Positions 59,473-64,000 of a stretch of DNA of 64,000 nucleotides are shown here, one piece after another. The stretch is taken from contig JBDKJL010000038.1 in assembly GCA_039796615.1 (NCBI GenBank), positions 78,033 to 142,032 on the forward strand. Reading direction: 5' to 3'. Within the stretch, counting starts at the first letter, position 1. The number at the start of each line of letters is the position of its first letter. The position numbers were made by a program, and so were the translations under genes. The notes under the pieces are model-generated. The model did no database searches, was not told where the DNA came from, and saw nothing but the letters and a program-made list of their open reading frames with translations. This stretch comes from Candidatus Parcubacteria bacterium (GTDB lineage Bacteria; Patescibacteriota; Patescibacteriia; 2-12-FULL-60-25).

Positions 59473-60366
59473 TTAAGCGATATCTAATGCGGCTTTGCCA
59501 GCGGAGATTTCGGAAATCTCGCGGGTGATGCCGGCCTGACGGGCTTGGTTATAGGTGAAGGTGAGATCATCGAGCATCGAAGAAGCGTTGTCGGTGGCCG
59601 AACGCATGGCCATCATGCGAGCTGCGTGCTCGCTAGCGGACGATTCGAGCAGCGCCTGGTAAATGCGCGTTTCGATCACGCGCGGCAGGAGCTGATTGAG
59701 CACCACATCCGGCGATGGCTCAAACACATCATGATGATGGCCGTGCGATCCGCCAAGCGTATCGGTGAGGCCGGTTGCGACGATCGGGAGGAGTTGTTCC
59801 ACGATGGGCGTTTGTACGAGCGCACTTTGATAGTCGGTATACGCGATAAACAATCGATCGCAGTGCCCTTGCGTAAATTGTTGCACCGCGAATTTCCCTA
59901 CGGGCATCGCCGCTTGATACGACGGAGCGTTTGAAATGGCATCAAACGACGCCACGATCTCTGCGCCCGCGCGGCGCACGGCGTGCTGGGCGCGACGACC
60001 CACGGCCACCACGCTTAACGACTCCCCTGCACGCTCGCGCAAAAAGGCCAGTGTTTTTTTGAGCACTTGCGCATTAAACCCTCCGCACAACCCACGATCA
60101 CTCGCAGCCACGAGCACGAGCGTGCGCGGCTTGGCGGGCATTTTTTCGCCACGGCCGAGCAAAAAGGCGTGCATTTCGGGATCGGTGTACCGCAACATGC
60201 GATCAACGAGCTCCGTGGCCGTGCGCGCATAGGCACGGCTGTTGAGCGTGAGCTGCACGCTTTTACGCATCTTGCTGGCCGCCACCATTTCCATGGCTTT
60301 GGTGATCTTCCGGGTGTTACCCACGGAGCGGATGCGGCGTTTAATGAGTTTAGGGGAGATGGCCAT
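59473..60366 (-). CDS. atpG: F1 ATP synthase subunit gamma
   Basis: This 297-aa ORF has IKRRIRSVGNTRKITKAMEMVAASKMRK at the N-terminus and ITREISEI at the C-terminus. Confidence 0.95.
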   Translation of the reverse strand: MAISPKLIKRRIRSVGNTRKITKAMEMVAASKMRKSVQLTLNSRAYARTATELVDRMLRYTDPEMHAFLLGRGEKMPAKPRTLVLVAASDRGLCGGFNAQVLKKTLAFLRERAGESLSVVAVGRRAQHAVRRAGAEIVASFDAISNAPSYQAAMPVGKFAVQQFTQGHCDRLFIAYTDYQSALVQTPIVEQLLPIVATGLTDTLGGSHGHHHDVFEPSPDVVLNQLLPRVIETRIYQALLESSASEHAARMMAMRSATDNASSMLDDLTFTYNQARQAGITREISEISAGKAALDIA

Positions 60367-60385
60367 ATGGAGAAAAACTGTCTGG

Positions 60386-60492
60386 CTCGGGGGCGATCGG
60401 CGGGGTGACCTTTTCGTGGCTCTCGGCTATCGCCTTCGCCCACGAAAAGGCACCTCCGCAACGATCGCGAGAAGTAACGGGGCGTTACATCT
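60386..60492. repeat. atp-operon palindromic element, copy 2 (atpA-atpG spacer)
   Basis: Core 60389..60468 is nearly identical to copy 1, with the inner stem CCTTTTCGTGG/CCACGAAAAGG. The tail GTAACGGGGCGTTACATCT overlaps the last codons and the stop of atpA. Confidence 0.85.
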
Positions 60493-62008
60493 GCGCGAAG
60501 GTTTTGTTCCAGTCTTCGACCGCTTTCTTCAATCCGGTTTCGATGTCGGCGTCGAGGGCGGCTTTTTCGGCCAGGGTTTTCATGAGGCCGGAGTGCTCGT
60601 CGTCGAGGGCGCGGTGGAAACCGGTTTCCCATTCACGCACACGATCGACGGGGATTTCGTCTACATGGCCTTTGGTGACGGCCCAGATCACAGCCACTTG
60701 GTGTTCCATGGAGAGCGGCTGGTATTGATCCTGCTTCATCAATTCTACGGTGCGACGGCCGCGCTCGATCTGTTTGCGCGTGGCGTCGTCGAGATCCGTG
60801 GCGAATTGGGCGAACGCTTCGAGTTCGCGGAATTGCGCCAGATCCAGGCGCACGGGGCCGGCCACTTTTTTCATGGCCTTGGTTTGTGCGGCACCGCCTA
60901 CGCGGCTCACGGATGTTCCCACGGCGATGGCCGGGCGCATCCCTTTGTAGAACAGATCGGTGTCGAGGGCGATCTGCCCGTCGGTGATGGAAATGACGTT
61001 GGTGGGGATGTAGGCACTCACATCGCCGCCCTGGATTTCGATGATCGGGAGCGCGGTGATGCTGCCGCCGCCGTGTTCGGTGTTGCGGCGCACGGCACGT
61101 TCGAGCAGGCGCGAGTGCAGGTAGAACACGTCACCTGGGTAGGCTTCGCGACCCGGCGGGCGGCGGAGCAACAGCGACACTTCGCGGTAGGCCCAGGCGT
61201 GCTTGCTCAAGTCGTCGTACACGATGAGTGCGTCTTCGCCCTGATCCATGAACCATTCGGCGATGGCACAGCCGGCGTATGGCGCGATGAATTGCAGCGA
61301 GGCAGGATCTGACGCGCCGGCCACCACGATGGTGGTGTATTCCAGAGCGCCCGCTTCTTTAAGCACCTGCATGATTTTGGCCACCTTGGATTCTTTTTGG
61401 CCGATCGCCACGTATACGCAGGCAATCCCCTTCCCTTTTTGGTTGATAATCGTGTCGATGGCCACGGCCGTTTTACCCGTTTGCCGGTCGCCGATAATGA
61501 GCTCGCGTTGGCCGCGACCGATCGGGATCATGGCGTCGATGGCCTTGATGCCCGTCATGAGCGGCTGATTTACTTCTTCGCGCGTCATCACGCCGGGCGC
61601 CACTTTTTCCACCGGGTATTCGGCGTCGGCTTTGAGCGCTCCTTTGCCGTCGATGGCTTCGCCGAGCGGGTTTACCACACGACCGCTCATGGCGCGACCC
61701 ACGGGCACAGAGAGCGTTTTTCCGGTGGCACGCACGGATTGCCCGGCGCTCACGGTGGTGATATCTCCCATCACCACGATGCCCACCTGATCTTCGTCGA
61801 GGTTCAACGCCACGCCGCGCGCGCCGCCATCAAATTCCACCATTTCCATGGCGCCGATGGACGAAAGGCCGCTCACGGTGGCGATCCCGTCGCCCACTTC
61901 GCGCACCACGCCCGTTTTTTCACCGGCCGCCGTGTCGCGGAATTCGTTGATTTGTTGTTTGAGGCGTTCAACGATGTCGTGAGCCGCCGTAATGTTGTGT
62001 GTGGTCAT
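60485..62008 (-). CDS. atpA: F1 ATP synthase subunit alpha
   Basis: This 507-aa ORF has the Walker A GDRQTGKT and typical alpha-subunit motifs. It overlaps atpH by 4 nt. Confidence 0.97.
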   Translation of the reverse strand: MTTHNITAAHDIVERLKQQINEFRDTAAGEKTGVVREVGDGIATVSGLSSIGAMEMVEFDGGARGVALNLDEDQVGIVVMGDITTVSAGQSVRATGKTLSVPVGRAMSGRVVNPLGEAIDGKGALKADAEYPVEKVAPGVMTREEVNQPLMTGIKAIDAMIPIGRGQRELIIGDRQTGKTAVAIDTIINQKGKGIACVYVAIGQKESKVAKIMQVLKEAGALEYTTIVVAGASDPASLQFIAPYAGCAIAEWFMDQGEDALIVYDDLSKHAWAYREVSLLLRRPPGREAYPGDVFYLHSRLLERAVRRNTEHGGGSITALPIIEIQGGDVSAYIPTNVISITDGQIALDTDLFYKGMRPAIAVGTSVSRVGGAAQTKAMKKVAGPVRLDLAQFRELEAFAQFATDLDDATRKQIERGRRTVELMKQDQYQPLSMEHQVAVIWAVTKGHVDEIPVDRVREWETGFHRALDDEHSGLMKTLAEKAALDADIETGLKKAVEDWNKTFAQM

Positions 62009-62526
62009 AGGGTAAGTGATTGTTCCAAGCGTCGGATCCGTCCGTGGCGTGTGGCGTCGAACACCCAGTCTCCCGCCTGCACGCGGAGCCCGGCGATCAC
62101 CGTGGGATCCACGCGCGACTCGAGCCAGATGTCTTGTTTAAGCAGGGTAGAAAGGGCGGCCGTGATGCGTTGGAGAAAGGGGGCGGGCAAGGGAATCGCA
62201 CTGGTAACCACGGCATGTTTTTTATGGGAGAGCACCGCCGCCTCTTCGCGGAGCAGCGCCCCGAGCGCCGGGAGCGTGCGCAGTCGGCGATCTTTGGCCA
62301 GGAGTAAAAAAAGATTATACGTCTGCTCCGGTTGATTCGGCGCGGCGAGCGCAAGCGCCTTTCGCCGCGTGTCGCTTGGCATGCTTGGGTCGGCCAAAAA
62401 ACCGCGCAACCCCGGCACCTGCATCACCGCCTGCGCGCACATATCAAACGCCGCAACGGCCGCGCGCGGATCGCTCGAGGCTTGGAGATACGCTTGCGCG
62501 TAGGGGCGAAGGGATAAGCGAGACAT
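62005..62526 (-). CDS. atpH: F1 ATP synthase subunit delta (OSCP)
   Basis: This is a 173-aa ORF. The call rests on its position between atpF and atpA, its size and its C-terminal (I/V)DP(T/S)(V/L)I(A/G)GL motif. Confidence 0.85.
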   Translation of the reverse strand: MSRLSLRPYAQAYLQASSDPRAAVAAFDMCAQAVMQVPGLRGFLADPSMPSDTRRKALALAAPNQPEQTYNLFLLLAKDRRLRTLPALGALLREEAAVLSHKKHAVVTSAIPLPAPFLQRITAALSTLLKQDIWLESRVDPTVIAGLRVQAGDWVFDATRHGRIRRLEQSLTL

Positions 62527-62538
62527 GGGAGAAAAATA

Positions 62539-63093
62539 TTAAACCGTCGCCGTTTCCAATTCTTTCACCGCTCGTTCGATCTCTCGTAGATGCGCGGCCT
62601 CATCGAGTTCACCAGACGTAACCTTTTTCGTGGCTGCAAGCACAAGCCCGGCCACTTCGCGCCGCACGGCCTCTTTGGCCTGCGTGCGCTCGGTGCTGAT
62701 TTTTTCCTTGGCGTCTTGCACTTGCTGGTCGATCTCTTCGGCGGCCTTGTCTACACGCGCCTTGCGTTCTGCGTCTCCGGCGGTGCGCGCTTCGTCCATG
62801 GTTTTATGCGCGGCCGCTTTGGCGTTTGCAAGGAGCGAGGCTTCGGTGGTTTTGGCGCTCGCTAGCCGCGTATCGGCCTCTGCGGCGTTCGCCACGCCTT
62901 CCTCGATTTTTTTGCGCCGCGCTTCGAGCGTTTTTGTGAGCGGCTTGAACACAAAAAAGTGCAGCACCGCGAGCACGATGGCCACGTTTACCAACTGTGC
63001 CACAAACAGCGGCGCGTTGATGCCAAGCGTTCCGAGAACGCCGGTATCTTCTGCGACCTCGGTGGAGTGGGTTGGTTCAAGGGATTCAGTCAT
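62539..63093 (-). CDS. atpF: Fo ATP synthase subunit b
   Basis: The start is trimmed to MTESLEP... It has one TM helix (FVAQLVNVAIVLAVLHFFVFKPL) followed by a long charged helix. The ORF track extension reads through repeat copy 3. Confidence 0.85.
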   Translation of the reverse strand: MTESLEPTHSTEVAEDTGVLGTLGINAPLFVAQLVNVAIVLAVLHFFVFKPLTKTLEARRKKIEEGVANAAEADTRLASAKTTEASLLANAKAAAHKTMDEARTAGDAERKARVDKAAEEIDQQVQDAKEKISTERTQAKEAVRREVAGLVLAATKKVTSGELDEAAHLREIERAVKELETATV

Positions 63094-63144
63094 ATCAGGT
63101 TCGTTGATAGGGGCCTTATGCGATGGGAGCCTTATGAAGCACGC

Positions 63145-63288
63145 AGATGTAGCGCCCCGACCGTGTGTCTCAAGGGCGATCGGCGGGGTGTCCTTTTCGC
63201 GGCTCTCGGCTATCGCCTTCGCCCGCGAAAAGGCACCACCGCAACGATCGCTTGCCAACCAAAACGCAACATCTCGCCCTTGAGACAC
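63145..63288. repeat. atp-operon palindromic element, copy 3 (atpE-atpF spacer), tail module inverted
   Basis: Core 63174..63251 has the inner stem CCTTTTCGCGG/CCGCGAAAAGG. An outer 15-bp inverted repeat lies at 63165..63179 and 63274..63288. The tail motif appears as its reverse complement, AGATGTAGCGCCCC (63145..63158), on the opposite side of the core. Confidence 0.8.
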
Positions 63289-63307
63289 CAACGAGTGCGC
63301 GACAGTC

Positions 63308-63565
<258 letters not shown>

Positions 63566-63639
63566 TTAGCGTCGTGCGGAATCACTTAGGAATGAGGCGG
63601 CTAGTCCGGTTACGTATAACCGGAGCACCCGGGCAGCCC

Positions 63640-64000
63640 TTAGTGCGCTTCGTGTGGTTTTTCGGAGAGCACCGTGAGGTATACCAGCGTGAGCATGGCG
63701 AACACGCTCGCTTGAATGATCCCCACAAGCACCTCCAATAACATGAACGGTGCCGGAATAATGAAGGCGGCCAGGCTGCTCATCACCGTAATCAGCACCT
63801 CTCCGGCAAAAATGTTGCCGAACAACCGCAGCGAAAGCGACACGACTTTTGCTACTTCGGAAACAACTTCTAGGAGCCCGACAAAGAATTCTACAATCGC
63901 CACCACGATCTTCATGGGCTTGAGTGATACGATGGCCTTCCAGAGTGATCCCACCTGGATAAACCGATTGAGGTGCGCAAAAAATCCGATGGCCGTAACG
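63640..64000 (-). CDS. atpB: Fo ATP synthase subunit a (C-terminal part; continues beyond the window end)
   Basis: The essential Arg lies in the context LSLRLFGNIFAGEVL, and the C-terminal helices read EVLVGIIQASVFAMLTLVYL. The frame stays open to position 64000. Confidence 0.85.
   Translation of the reverse strand, partial: VTAIGFFAHLNRFIQVGSLWKAIVSLKPMKIVVAIVEFFVGLLEVVSEVAKVVSLSLRLFGNIFAGEVLITVMSSLAAFIIPAPFMLLEVLVGIIQASVFAMLTLVYLTVLSEKPHEAH

Noticed and set aside
60242-62335. Long plus-strand ORFs (60242..61312, 356 aa; 61397..62335, 312 aa; also 58516..59487, 323 aa) lie across the atp operon.
   Set aside because: They are antisense to atpA, atpG and atpD, whose identities are unambiguous. 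These are typical GC-rich shadow ORFs.

Overview
The window is a 64-kb bacterial chromosome segment, coded almost entirely on the minus strand. It looks GC-rich by eye, with two visibly AT-richer blocks at about 29.8-32.1 kb and 37.9-41.2 kb. The gene content suggests an uncultivated lineage, possibly Patescibacteria/CPR-like, but this is low confidence: a CxxC-x17-CxxC protein, many orphan lipoproteins and membrane proteins, and stand-alone enzyme domains.

Recognisable core genes:
- a complete F1Fo ATP synthase operon (atpBEFHAGDC, with atpB cut by the window end) followed by a TagA/WecB-type glycosyltransferase
- gltX, uvrB (preceded by a hicBA-like pair), dnaG-rpoD, a dus gene, an ABC-F ATPase and an AI-2E transporter
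- a block of small housecleaning or detoxification enzymes: 2 Nudix, 2 HAD, PhnB/VOC, DUF1428, MOSC and pirin

Most notable observations:
1. A three-gene minus-strand locus (12581..25690) centres on a 3363-aa protein. Together the three genes carry one PpsA/PPDK-type ATP-grasp domain and nine phosphohistidine swivel domains. Each swivel domain sits behind its own unassigned helical domain, there is no PEP/pyruvate TIM barrel, and a SixA-like histidine phosphatase lies next door.
2. A tRNA-Asn(GUU) gene is split in its anticodon loop by a 531-nt group I intron. The intron has textbook P/Q/R/S core elements and carries an HNH endonuclease ORF.
3. An approximately 80-140-bp palindromic element occurs three times, only inside the atp operon. 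Each copy lies directly 3' of a high-stoichiometry subunit gene (c, alpha, beta), and the inner stem shows compensatory changes between copies.
4. Two 172-bp fold-back elements (64-bp perfect arms, 44-nt loop) share a conserved centre but have unrelated outer arms that are still perfectly self-complementary.
5. A PEP-CTERM integral membrane protein with VIT and VWA domains is translationally coupled (ATGA overlap) to an exosortase-like membrane protein.
6. A 331-bp nested inverted-repeat element lies between dus and an M23 peptidase gene.

All family calls come from motif recognition by eye. No database search was run.
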